This document shows positions 25,899-34,780 of a DNA stretch of 64,000 bases, piece after piece. How positions within the stretch are numbered: the stretch's first letter is position 1; the number at the start of each line of letters is the position of its first letter. Made by a program: the position numbers and the translations under genes. Source of the stretch: Candidatus Kaiserbacteria bacterium RIFCSPHIGHO2_01_FULL_53_29 (GTDB lineage: Bacteria > Patescibacteriota > Minisyncoccia > Phycocordibacterales > UBA2100); assembly GCA_001781125.1 (NCBI GenBank), contig MFKT01000021.1, forward strand, positions 5,178-69,177, given 5' to 3'. The notes below the pieces were generated by a model. It was not told the origin of the DNA, made no database searches, and was given only the letters and a program-made list of their open reading frames with translations.

Positions 25899-27854
25899 AT
25901 GGCCCGCTCGATCGTCCTTTCCAACGGAGAACTCTGCGTCGCGCTCGACAGATTCGGTGAGGTCCGCGATTTCTACTATCCGCACGTCGGGCTCGAGGAT
26001 CATGTGCGCGGACATTATCTGCATCGAGTCGGCGTGTGGATCGACGGAGTGATGAGTTGGTTCGATGAGGACGCAGTGTGGCAGATCGAGATCGGATGCG
26101 AAGAGGAGGCGCTTGCTTCAAAGATCACGGCGCGTCACCCCACTCTTCAGGTCGAGCTGACGTTCAAAGACATCGTTTACAACGAGCGTTCGATCTTCTT
26201 GCGGCGCGTAAAAGTCTCAAATCTCAGCTCGAGCGTACGCGAGATAAAGCTCTACTTTAGCCAACAGTTCGAGATCTACAAAGCGCACGGTGGAGACACG
26301 GCGTATTACGATCCTGCATCGCATTCGGTCATTCACTACAAGGGTCGTCGGGTTTTTCAGATCAGAGCCGAGCTCGATGGCGAATTATTTTCTGATTATG
26401 CGATCGGCATTGCGAATTTTCATGGGTTACAAGGTTCATTCCGCGATGCCGACGATGGCGCGCTTTCTAAAAATCCGATAGAACACGGACCCGTCGATTC
26501 AATCGTCGGTCTCTATGGCACCTATACGGGGGGTCAATCGCGCGTGTGTCACTACTGGATCGTCGCTGCACAATCGATCGCGCTCGCGCAAGAATTGAAC
26601 GAGTATGTGACGCGAAAGACTCCCGAATATTTGATGCAGATGGCGAGCAACTATTGGGAGTCATGGATGAAGCGGATGGTACCGGATTTTGGTGACCTCA
26701 AGCCGGCGCACATTGCGCTCTACAAGCGCTCGCTCATGCACGCGCGCTCGCATGTCGATCTCGAAGGCGGCATTCTCGCCTCGTGCGATTCCGACATGCT
26801 GCAGTACGGCCTCGATACGTATTCGTATGTGTGGCCGCGCGATGCGGCATATGTGGCTCTCGCGTTTGACATGGCAGGTGAATCGGCTGTGGCGAAGCGA
26901 TTGTTTGAATTCTGCAGCAGCGTCGTGGGTCACGACGGATATCTGATGCACAAATATCTGCCCGATAAGTCGCTCGGGAGTTCGTGGCATCCTTGGATAA
27001 GCGACGGGAAGCTGCAGTTGCCCATCCAAGAAGACGAAACAGCCCTTATCGTATATTCAATGTATCAGCACTACCTTTTGACAGACGACCTCGAACTGGT
27101 CGGGCTCTTGTATGCGCCGGTCGTCGAGAAAGCTGCCAACTTTATGCTGCAGTATCGGGATAAAAACACGAGCCTGCCCGATACATCGTACGATCTATGG
27201 GAAGAGAAGCGCGGTATCTCGACGTTTACTTCCGCTGCGGTGTACGGTGCGCTTGTGGCCGCTGCCGAACTTTCGAAAATTCTGGGAAAAGCAGAAAACG
27301 AAAAGCGCTACCGCGAGGGGTCAGAAGTGATACGCACTGCGATCCTTGCACATCTGTGGGATGGGGGTCAGGGGATATTCGTGAAATTGCTGCGCTCTGA
27401 TGGGAGTTTTGATCCGACGCTCGACGCGTCGAGTGTGTACGGTATTTTCGCGTTCGGCATTCTGCCACCTGAAGATCCGCGGCTCGTGCAGGCATGGGAG
27501 AGGACCGTGCGCGCGCTTTCCTACGGCATTCCGGCCGGAGGACTCGCGCGTTACGAGGGCGATCAATACTATCGCACCGACAAAGAATCGGCTGGAAATC
27601 CCTGGATCATCACGACCTTGTGGTACGCGGAATATCTGATCGCGTGCGCCAAGAAGGTGCAGGACTTGGATCGCGTACGTGAGATTTTTTCGTGGGTCGT
27701 TTTGCATGCGCAGCCCTCTGGTGTCTTATCCGAGCAGCTCGATCCGAAAACGGGGCGGCAAATTTCCGCGACCCCACTTACCTGGAGCCACGCGGCATAT
27801 GTGACAGCGGTCTTGAAGTATCTGAAACGTTCGGTAGAACTCGGTAGCACATGA
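25899..27854 (+). CDS. GH15 glucoamylase-family protein
   Basis: YSYVWPRD, QEDET, YDLWEE, RYEGD.Y, LSEQ..P, PLTWSHA. Confidence 0.92.
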   Translation: MARSIVLSNGELCVALDRFGEVRDFYYPHVGLEDHVRGHYLHRVGVWIDGVMSWFDEDAVWQIEIGCEEEALASKITARHPTLQVELTFKDIVYNERSIFLRRVKVSNLSSSVREIKLYFSQQFEIYKAHGGDTAYYDPASHSVIHYKGRRVFQIRAELDGELFSDYAIGIANFHGLQGSFRDADDGALSKNPIEHGPVDSIVGLYGTYTGGQSRVCHYWIVAAQSIALAQELNEYVTRKTPEYLMQMASNYWESWMKRMVPDFGDLKPAHIALYKRSLMHARSHVDLEGGILASCDSDMLQYGLDTYSYVWPRDAAYVALAFDMAGESAVAKRLFEFCSSVVGHDGYLMHKYLPDKSLGSSWHPWISDGKLQLPIQEDETALIVYSMYQHYLLTDDLELVGLLYAPVVEKAANFMLQYRDKNTSLPDTSYDLWEEKRGISTFTSAAVYGALVAAAELSKILGKAENEKRYREGSEVIRTAILAHLWDGGQGIFVKLLRSDGSFDPTLDASSVYGIFAFGILPPEDPRLVQAWERTVRALSYGIPAGGLARYEGDQYYRTDKESAGNPWIITTLWYAEYLIACAKKVQDLDRVREIFSWVVLHAQPSGVLSEQLDPKTGRQISATPLTWSHAAYVTAVLKYLKRSVELGST

Positions 27855-27873
27855 AAATGTTACAATACCACGT

Positions 27874-28461
27874 ATGACATTCGAACCATTCGCGTCGCGC
27901 AGTCACGAAAAAATGAAAGAGGTGCTTATGCATCCGGAGGCGCAGGGGCCAGCCATTCATTACTATATGATCCGCGGCGGCAAGAAAAAGCGGAATATCA
28001 CGGTATGGGAATCGGGCACGGTCGGCGGGGAATACATCAAAACATACGGCCACTACCACGTCGACGATTTGCCAGAGACATACTGGATAGTCGAAGGCGA
28101 GGGACTCGTGCTCCTGCAAAAGTTGGTCACAGAGAACGGAGTGCCGCAGATGGGTCGTGTTGAAGATTTTAAAGTCGTGCCAGTGAAAGCGGGCGATACG
28201 GTAAAAATTCCGGGAAACTGCGGTCATTTGGCGATCAATACGGGAAAGACCTGGTTCGTAACTTTCGACGATAGTCCAGTTGCCACCGATGACTCCGCTT
28301 CAATGCCGGTGCACGCGGATTATGAGATGGTCAAAAAGATGCGTGGCTTCGCGTACTATGTGATCGAGAAAAACGGTACACCGACTCTGGTGCGCAATAC
28401 GCTCTACACAGAGGTGCAGAAAACTGATTTCGGCGGCATTGAAGTAGTAGATAGCCATTAG
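27874..28461 (+). CDS. Cupin-type (archaeal-like) glucose-6-phosphate isomerase family protein
   Basis: GEYIKTYGHYH, E.Y....GEGL.LLQ, IP...GH..IN. Confidence 0.8.
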   Translation: MTFEPFASRSHEKMKEVLMHPEAQGPAIHYYMIRGGKKKRNITVWESGTVGGEYIKTYGHYHVDDLPETYWIVEGEGLVLLQKLVTENGVPQMGRVEDFKVVPVKAGDTVKIPGNCGHLAINTGKTWFVTFDDSPVATDDSASMPVHADYEMVKKMRGFAYYVIEKNGTPTLVRNTLYTEVQKTDFGGIEVVDSH

Positions 28462-28534
28462 CCACTAGCCATTAGGAAAATGCAATTAGTACAGCATTCC
28501 CGGGTTATTCTAGTGGCTAACCTCTAGTGGCTAA
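28452..28534. repeat. Heptamer tandem repeats in inverted orientation
   Basis: (TAGCCAY)x3 at 28452-28472; CTAGTGGCTAA at 28510-28520 and 28524-28534. Confidence 0.65.
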
Positions 28535-28539
28535 TTACT

Positions 28540-29409
28540 ATGTTTATCGTTGCTGACATTGGAGGAACGAAAATGCGCATCGCAGGGAGCCGCGATCTCC
28601 TGACATTCAAAGAACCGGTGATCCTCGATACTCCGCATAACTATGGTGTGGGGGTGGAGCTCGTGCGCGATACGATTATGCACATCGCAGGAAAGGAGGC
28701 GATCGAAGCGCTCGCAGCGGGTGTTCCGGGCGCCTTATCGGATGATAAACGCACGCTGCAGGGAGCGCGGCATCTTCCGCTCTGGAAAGAGCATGACCTT
28801 GCGGGGGACCTCGAAAAGGCGCTTTCCACGCACGTTCATCTTGAGAACGATACCGCGCAAGTGGGTTTGGGCGAGGCTGTATTTGGCGCGGGGAAGGGTG
28901 TTGCTGTCGTCGTATACATTACGGTTTCCACGGGAGTGAATGGCGTGCGCATCATCGATGGCGTTATCGATCGCGGTCGCTCCGAAATTGGCGGGCAATA
29001 CCTGCAGGTGGGTGATTCGCCACGCTCGCTCGAAGACATGATCTCCGGGAGCGCCATTTCCGAAAAATACGGCGTGCATCCCAGGGAAATAGAGAAAGAC
29101 TCACCGGTGTGGGAAGAACTCGCTCGGATAACCGCCTTTGGCGTACACAACACCATACTTCACTGGTCACCGGACGTTGTTATTCTCGGAGGCTCGATGT
29201 TCAATGAGATCGGAATTTCGGTCGAGCGAGTGCGCGCGCATGTCGAGGAGATCATGCGAAAGTTCCCGACGGTGCCCGAGATCGTGCACGGGGCACTCAC
29301 CGATCGTGGTGGGCTCTGGGGCGGCTTGGCCCGCCTTCGCCAAGCTCTCCCCCACGCTAAAGTTTCGGCGGGGCAAGTCGGCGATGTAAAACCCGTCTCA
29401 AACAGTTGA
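28540..29409 (+). CDS. ROK-family sugar kinase
   Basis: DIGGTK, LENDT..GLGEA, STGVNG, SEIG, LGGS. Confidence 0.88.
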   Translation: MFIVADIGGTKMRIAGSRDLLTFKEPVILDTPHNYGVGVELVRDTIMHIAGKEAIEALAAGVPGALSDDKRTLQGARHLPLWKEHDLAGDLEKALSTHVHLENDTAQVGLGEAVFGAGKGVAVVVYITVSTGVNGVRIIDGVIDRGRSEIGGQYLQVGDSPRSLEDMISGSAISEKYGVHPREIEKDSPVWEELARITAFGVHNTILHWSPDVVILGGSMFNEIGISVERVRAHVEEIMRKFPTVPEIVHGALTDRGGLWGGLARLRQALPHAKVSAGQVGDVKPVSNS

Positions 29410-30006
29410 ATTAGGAGCTTTACGCTCCTTCCAAATTTGCCGGACAAGTGGAATGCAGGTCACGATGATGATAAGGATGACAATGGGCGTGAGGTAGGTT
29501 TGCACGGCGGGCACTTTTTCTCCCAAATAGTAGCCTATAAAGGTGACGCCCGAAGCCCAGAGGAGTGCACCGATAATGTTGTACATGACGAACGTGCGGT
29601 AGCGCATCCGTACGACCCCTGCGACGATGGGTGCAAAGGTGCGCACTATTGGGACGAAACGCGCGAGCACTATCGCAAGAACGCCGTGCCGATCGTAGAA
29701 TACTTTCGCGCGCTCCAGATGTTCGTGGTGAAAGAATCTCGAATCGGGGCGAAGAAAGAGCCGGACGCCAACCTTGGCGCCAAACCAATACCCAACGTTG
29801 TCGCCTAGGATTGCCGCGACGGTGAGAAGGGGAATAAGTATCCATATATTGAAAAATCCTTGCGATGCGAGAAGTCCCGCAGTGAAGAGCATTGATGCGC
29901 CGGGTAGAAAAAAACCGAAAAACACTCCCGACTCGAGAAATACCACCGCAAACATTCCCGGATATCCCACGAGTTGGATGAAATCAACGAGGTTGAAGAG
30001 GTGCAT
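29398..30006 (-). CDS. DedA family membrane protein
   Basis: FLESG..FGFFLPG.S.LF.AG, GD..GYW.G, ARFVPIVRT. Confidence 0.93.
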   Translation of the reverse strand: MHLFNLVDFIQLVGYPGMFAVVFLESGVFFGFFLPGASMLFTAGLLASQGFFNIWILIPLLTVAAILGDNVGYWFGAKVGVRLFLRPDSRFFHHEHLERAKVFYDRHGVLAIVLARFVPIVRTFAPIVAGVVRMRYRTFVMYNIIGALLWASGVTFIGYYLGEKVPAVQTYLTPIVILIIIVTCIPLVRQIWKERKAPNSTV

Positions 30007-30012
30007 CGGGTA

Positions 30013-31311
30013 CTAGACGAAGGATTCGGGAATAGGGAATTTCTTGCAGAGCGTACGGATCTCTTCGCGGATCGCGCTAAGTTTCTTCTCTTCGCTTTTG
30101 TTTTGCATCGCCTCTATCATCAACTCTGCGACGCGCGCGCTCTCTTTTTCGGTAAATTTGCGCGTCGTGATGGCTGGCGTGCCGAATCGGATACCGGATG
30201 GGTCAAAGGGCTTGCGCGTGTCGTCTGCGATCGCGTTCTTGTTAAGTGTGATGCCGACCTTGTCGAGTGTCCCCTCCGCATCCTTACCGCCGAGCGAGAG
30301 GGAAGACCATACATCAGCGAGGACTAGATGGTTGTCTGTCCCTCCGGCGATGAGCCGTATGTTCGCGTCTTGAAACACCTTTGCCATTGCTCTCGCGTTC
30401 TTTACGATCTGCGCGGCATACCCTTTGAAGGGGGGCTGCATCGCCTCGCCAAGAGCGATCGCTTTTGCAGCGATGTTGTTCATGTGTGGGCCACCCTGCA
30501 GACCCGGGAAGACGCTTCTGTCGATGAGCGTGGGCAGATTCTCTACCGTCTTTTCAGGCGCTTTCAGAGGACTCGACACAATGCCTTTGGAGAGGATCAT
30601 ACCGCCGCGCGGGCCGCGGAGGGTCTTGTGAGTCGTCGTCGTGACTATCTGGAATCCATAATCGAATGGATTTTTCGCGACACCGCCGGCGATAAGCCCC
30701 GCGATGTGCGCAACGTCGGCCATCGCGACGGCCCCGACCTCTTTCGCGATGTCGGAGATCTTCTGCCAATCCAATTCGCGCGGATAGCCGGAGAATCCTC
30801 CGAGTATTATCTTTGGTTTTTCTTTCTTTGCGATCTCGCGCATTTCATCATAGTCGATCTCTCCTGTCTCGATATTCTTCATTTTGTAGCGGATGAAGCG
30901 ATACAGTTTGGCCATATAGGTGACAGGCGCACCATGCGTAAGGTGGCCACCATGCCCCAGATCCATACCGAGGACAGTGTCGCCCGGGTCGAGCCAGGCA
31001 AAATACGCCCCAATGTTGGCGTTTGCGCCACCCAAAGGCTGGACGTTCGCATGGTCACAACCAAAAATCTTTTTCGCGCGGTCGATTGCGAGCTGCTCCA
31101 CCTTGTCGGTGAATTCCTGCCCACCGTAATAGCGCTTGCCGGGGTAGCCTTCTGAATATTTGTTGGTGAGGCACGAGCCGTTGGCCTCGCGCACGGCCTT
31201 TGAGACGTAATTTTCCGACGGTATCAATTCGAGGCCTTCGGCTTCACGCTGCTCTTCTCCTTCAAGGGCTGCGAATACTTCATTGTCTTGTTTGCGCACG
31301 TAGTCGTACAT
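30013..31311 (-). CDS. glyA: Serine hydroxymethyltransferase
   Basis: LIPSENY, NKYSEGYPGKRYYGG, GGHLTHG, TTTHKTLRGPRGG, GGTDNH. Confidence 0.97.
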   Translation of the reverse strand: MYDYVRKQDNEVFAALEGEEQREAEGLELIPSENYVSKAVREANGSCLTNKYSEGYPGKRYYGGQEFTDKVEQLAIDRAKKIFGCDHANVQPLGGANANIGAYFAWLDPGDTVLGMDLGHGGHLTHGAPVTYMAKLYRFIRYKMKNIETGEIDYDEMREIAKKEKPKIILGGFSGYPRELDWQKISDIAKEVGAVAMADVAHIAGLIAGGVAKNPFDYGFQIVTTTTHKTLRGPRGGMILSKGIVSSPLKAPEKTVENLPTLIDRSVFPGLQGGPHMNNIAAKAIALGEAMQPPFKGYAAQIVKNARAMAKVFQDANIRLIAGGTDNHLVLADVWSSLSLGGKDAEGTLDKVGITLNKNAIADDTRKPFDPSGIRFGTPAITTRKFTEKESARVAELMIEAMQNKSEEKKLSAIREEIRTLCKKFPIPESFV

Positions 31312-31369
31312 ACCTTATTTTGGAATAGGCGAATAAAGGATATGCAGCGAAACTAAATCATAGGCGTAT

Positions 31370-31984
31370 TTAGAACATTGATTGTACCGCCTCCTCGATG
31401 TTGTGCCAAACCTCCTCGATCGGCCTGTCGGCATCAATGATGAATGGCTTCCCGTATTCGCTCAAATGCTTTTTGTACCCTTCCCGCACGCGTTCGTGGA
31501 AGGCCACCGCTTCTTCGTCAAAACGATTCGGAGCTTCGAGGCGCGCGTGCGCACGCGCAAGACCGACTTCGGGCGACACGTCGAGAAAGATCGTAACGTC
31601 GGGTACGCACCCACGATTCACCGCCGCAAACACACTTTTGACGAGCGGAAGATATTCTCGTTTTTGTCGCCCGTACACTTGATAGGCGATGGTGGAAAGG
31701 ATGTAGCGGTCGCAGATGACCATTTTGCCATTCTCGAGCGCGGGTGCGATGAGCTCGGCTATGAGCTGCGTGCGCGCGGCCATGAAAAGGAGGAGCTCGG
31801 TCGCAGTATCAATACCACGCGCCTCTTTAGAGAGCACCATGCGGCGGATATCCTCGCCGGTCTCGACACCTCCCGGATCGCGCGTGAAAACAGTGCCCTT
31901 CGGGAGCATCTCCCGCAGCCGCCCCATCTGCACCGATTTTCCCGACCCCTCGCCGCCTTCAAGTACGATGAACTTCCCACGCAT
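31370..31984 (-). CDS. tmk: Thymidylate kinase
   Basis: FIVLEGGEGSGKS P-loop, ELLLFMAAR, CDRY..ST.AYQ. Confidence 0.93.
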   Translation of the reverse strand: MRGKFIVLEGGEGSGKSVQMGRLREMLPKGTVFTRDPGGVETGEDIRRMVLSKEARGIDTATELLLFMAARTQLIAELIAPALENGKMVICDRYILSTIAYQVYGRQKREYLPLVKSVFAAVNRGCVPDVTIFLDVSPEVGLARAHARLEAPNRFDEEAVAFHERVREGYKKHLSEYGKPFIIDADRPIEEVWHNIEEAVQSMF

Positions 31985-31988
31985 ACCG

Positions 31989-32483
31989 CTATTGTACATC
32001 CGCAAACTGCCGGCCGATAACGTTCTCCGGATGCGCTTTGTTGAAGAGCTTTTCGCTGCCTTCAAGGAGATAGACGTCCTTAATGCTCGCCGCGATCATG
32101 GCTGTCCAACACGGCTCGCAGCACCACCAGTGGCCCCAGAGGTAGAGGTCGGCGCCGCGCGAGTCGTGTCCGTTTTTTCGTGCGTCGGCAATGGCCCGCG
32201 GTTCGGAGTGATTTTTTGGGTGACAGCCTTCGCACAATTCATACCCCTGTCCTGTCGGTATCCCGCGCTTCACGCGCTCGCACTCGTGTGTTTTGTGATA
32301 CTCGCTCCCGTTTGCCCCGCGGCCGATCACTTTGCCGTCCTTGACGACCAGCGCCCCCGTCGGCTGATGCTTGTCGATCGAATGCTCTTTTGCATATGCC
32401 TTTGCCTCCTGCATAGAGGAATTGTCCATCTCTACATAGAGTATCGAATGATCTTCAGGGAAGTAGGGATACTGGATATTCAT
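31989..32483 (-). CDS. Zinc-dependent dCMP-deaminase-family protein
   Basis: GALVVKDG.VIG.G.NG, C.R....I.TG..YE.C, HSE and CCEPC zinc ligands. Confidence 0.8.
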   Translation of the reverse strand: MNIQYPYFPEDHSILYVEMDNSSMQEAKAYAKEHSIDKHQPTGALVVKDGKVIGRGANGSEYHKTHECERVKRGIPTGQGYELCEGCHPKNHSEPRAIADARKNGHDSRGADLYLWGHWWCCEPCWTAMIAASIKDVYLLEGSEKLFNKAHPENVIGRQFADVQ

Positions 32484-32535
32484 CGGATTAATCTACCACG
32501 TTTGCGGGGCTTCTCGTGGCGCGTACAATGCGCCC

Positions 32536-33372
32536 ATGAACGTCTTTGACTCCACGTATCAGGGAATACTCCGGCGGATAATGGACGAAGGTGAAGTGGA
32601 TGCGAACAGGCGCACGGGGCACGAAGTGCGCGCGATTCCGGGGATGCATTTCTCGCACGACATCGAGAAAGAAGGATTCCCACTTCTCACGCTGCGCAAG
32701 ATTCCCGTCAAAATGTTCGTCGCCGAGCAAATATGGTTTATCTCCGGCGCGCGCAAGCCCGCGGATTTCTTGCGCGACTACACCAAAATCTGGGACAGCT
32801 TCACCAATCCCGCCGATGTGGTGACGGTCGCATACGGCTATCGCTGGCGCAAACATTTCGGCCGCGACCAGCTCGGAGCTCTTGTCGAACTCCTGAAAAA
32901 AGACCCAAGCTCGCGGCACGCGGTCATTGTTACGTGGGATCCAGCAAGCGATGGGCTCGGCGGGACGAAGAAGGCCAATGTGCCATGTCCATACACTTTT
33001 ACGGTCAACATTATTGGCGGGCGGTTGCACCTTCACAACATGGTGCGTTCCAACGACATGGTGCTCGGGTTTCCCTCCGATGTCGCGGGCTTCGCATTAC
33101 TGCAAACCATACTTGCGCAGAAGCTTGGCGTCGGTGTGGGCGTCTACTCCCACTCGATCTCCAATGCGCACGTGTACGACAATCAATACGATGCAGTCAG
33201 CGAGATGTTGAATCGTACCAATGAGCACGCACCCATCCACCTCGAGCTTCCCAAAAATGTATTCGACCGCTCCGAGAAGAAAGATAAGAGGTTGGTAGAC
33301 GAGATTGCTGACCCAATTACGGCGCAATACCAGCCGCTGCCCGCCATTACAGGACTCCAAATTGTGCTATAA
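32536..33372 (+). CDS. thyA: Thymidylate synthase family protein with Asp at the Asn177-equivalent position (possible dCMP methyltransferase)
   Basis: FPLLT.RK, YGYRWR, DQL, PSSR, PC(151), RSND, HVY motifs. Confidence 0.9.
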   Translation: MNVFDSTYQGILRRIMDEGEVDANRRTGHEVRAIPGMHFSHDIEKEGFPLLTLRKIPVKMFVAEQIWFISGARKPADFLRDYTKIWDSFTNPADVVTVAYGYRWRKHFGRDQLGALVELLKKDPSSRHAVIVTWDPASDGLGGTKKANVPCPYTFTVNIIGGRLHLHNMVRSNDMVLGFPSDVAGFALLQTILAQKLGVGVGVYSHSISNAHVYDNQYDAVSEMLNRTNEHAPIHLELPKNVFDRSEKKDKRLVDEIADPITAQYQPLPAITGLQIVL

Positions 33373-33381
33373 ATACAGGCC

Positions 33382-34014
33382 ATGTCCATTCTTACCAAAA
33401 AGGAAATTCTCGCGCGGGTAAAGAAGGGGAACATTGTCTTTCATCCGGGTCTCGATAGATTCCAATTGCAGACGCATGCAGTAGACCTCCGACTTGGCTT
33501 TACATTCCTCATCCCGAAATCCTGGAAAATGACGCCGAAGGGCAGGCAAGCGCTTTCGATAGACCCTCTCCGTGATCATGGACCCGAATACTTCGATGTG
33601 ATAGAGCTCGAACAAGGCCAGTCCTTCGACCTTCTGCCGCAAGAGTATGTCCTCGTCTCCACATTCGAGACGATAAAAGTGCCCAACGACCTTATGGCTG
33701 TCTTGTATCCGCGTTCATCAGTCAATCGCAAAGGGCTTTCGGTAGACTTGACCGGTATCATTGATAGCGGCTACGAGGGCCCGCTCACACTTCCCATTCG
33801 CAACAACACACGCTCACAGACCATCCAGCTCCATCCGGGCGAGCGATTTTGCCAGCTTGTTTTCGAAGAACTCAAACACAAAGTAGAACCCAAGAAATCC
33901 CGCTGGCATCAAAAGGACGTGGTGGATAAGGGCAAAAAAGAAAAAGCGGCCGAAATGAAACTCGTCTTTAGCGGCGACCTCAAAAAATTAAAAACCGACT
34001 TCTCTGCTCACTAA
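33382..34014 (+). CDS. dcd: dCTP deaminase/dUTPase-fold protein lacking the catalytic Glu
   Basis: VDLRLG, RSS..R.GL, IDSGYEG, PGERFCQL.F motifs; LTLP where LE is expected. Confidence 0.75.
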   Translation: MSILTKKEILARVKKGNIVFHPGLDRFQLQTHAVDLRLGFTFLIPKSWKMTPKGRQALSIDPLRDHGPEYFDVIELEQGQSFDLLPQEYVLVSTFETIKVPNDLMAVLYPRSSVNRKGLSVDLTGIIDSGYEGPLTLPIRNNTRSQTIQLHPGERFCQLVFEELKHKVEPKKSRWHQKDVVDKGKKEKAAEMKLVFSGDLKKLKTDFSAH

Positions 34015-34036
34015 CGATGAGATGACATCTCATCGT
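34014..34036. repeat. REP-like palindrome upstream of the second Y1 transposase
   Basis: ACGATGAGATG-A-CATCTCATCGT. Confidence 0.85.
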
Positions 34037-34050
34037 GGTACACTTGGGAC

Positions 34051-34728
34051 ATGGCAAATCGGCCTCCTTTTGAGTTAGGCGAGTGGTATCACTGTTTCAG
34101 CCGCGGTGTCGAGAAAAGAAAGGTATTTGAGAACGAGCTAGACGCAAATCGTTTTCTCATGCTTCTGTACTTAGCGAATGGAACAAAGCCCATACAGATT
34201 TTTAATACATACAAACCGGAACTTTCAAAAGCACTCAAAACTGATCGGGGAACTCCGATTGTTGCGGTTAGTGCGTATTGTCTGATGCCCAATCATTTTC
34301 ATTTGCTATTAAAAGAAGTCGTTGAGGGCGGCATTTCATCGTTTATGAGGAAGTTAGGAATTGCATACACAATGTATTTTAACGAAAAGAATGAACGTGT
34401 AGGGAATCTGTTTGTAAAACCCTTCCGGTCGCGGCGGATTGGTACCGATCGTTATTTCCAACGCGTTCTTCAATACATTCACTGCAATCCAGCTGAATTA
34501 TACGAGCCAGCTTGGAAATCTGGATCAGTGCGAAATATTCGCACACTGGAGAAGAAACTTGTTGATTATCCCTACTCAAGCCTCCGAAATTATTCATTGC
34601 CAAAGAGCAATAACAGGATTCTTTCAAAAGATGGATTTGATGTTGCCGATCATCCTTCGGCCGCCAGAATGATTGAAGATGCTCGATCCTATTATGCGGA
34701 CATTGCAGAAGACAGATTCGAGCGCTAG
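34051..34728 (+). CDS. Y1 (HUH) tyrosine transposase, RAYT/IS200-like
   Basis: WYHCFSRG, YCLMPNHFHLL, YIHCNP, YPYSS; homologous to 14067-14759. Confidence 0.88.
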   Translation: MANRPPFELGEWYHCFSRGVEKRKVFENELDANRFLMLLYLANGTKPIQIFNTYKPELSKALKTDRGTPIVAVSAYCLMPNHFHLLLKEVVEGGISSFMRKLGIAYTMYFNEKNERVGNLFVKPFRSRRIGTDRYFQRVLQYIHCNPAELYEPAWKSGSVRNIRTLEKKLVDYPYSSLRNYSLPKSNNRILSKDGFDVADHPSAARMIEDARSYYADIAEDRFER

Positions 34729-34729
34729 T

Positions 34730-34754
34730 CACGATGAGATAACATCTCATCGTG
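34730..34754. repeat. REP-like palindrome downstream of the second Y1 transposase
   Basis: CACGATGAGAT-AAC-ATCTCATCGTG, one substitution from the upstream copy. Confidence 0.85.
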
Positions 34755-34780
34755 TTCTCCAATATTGGTATAGTCCTGTA

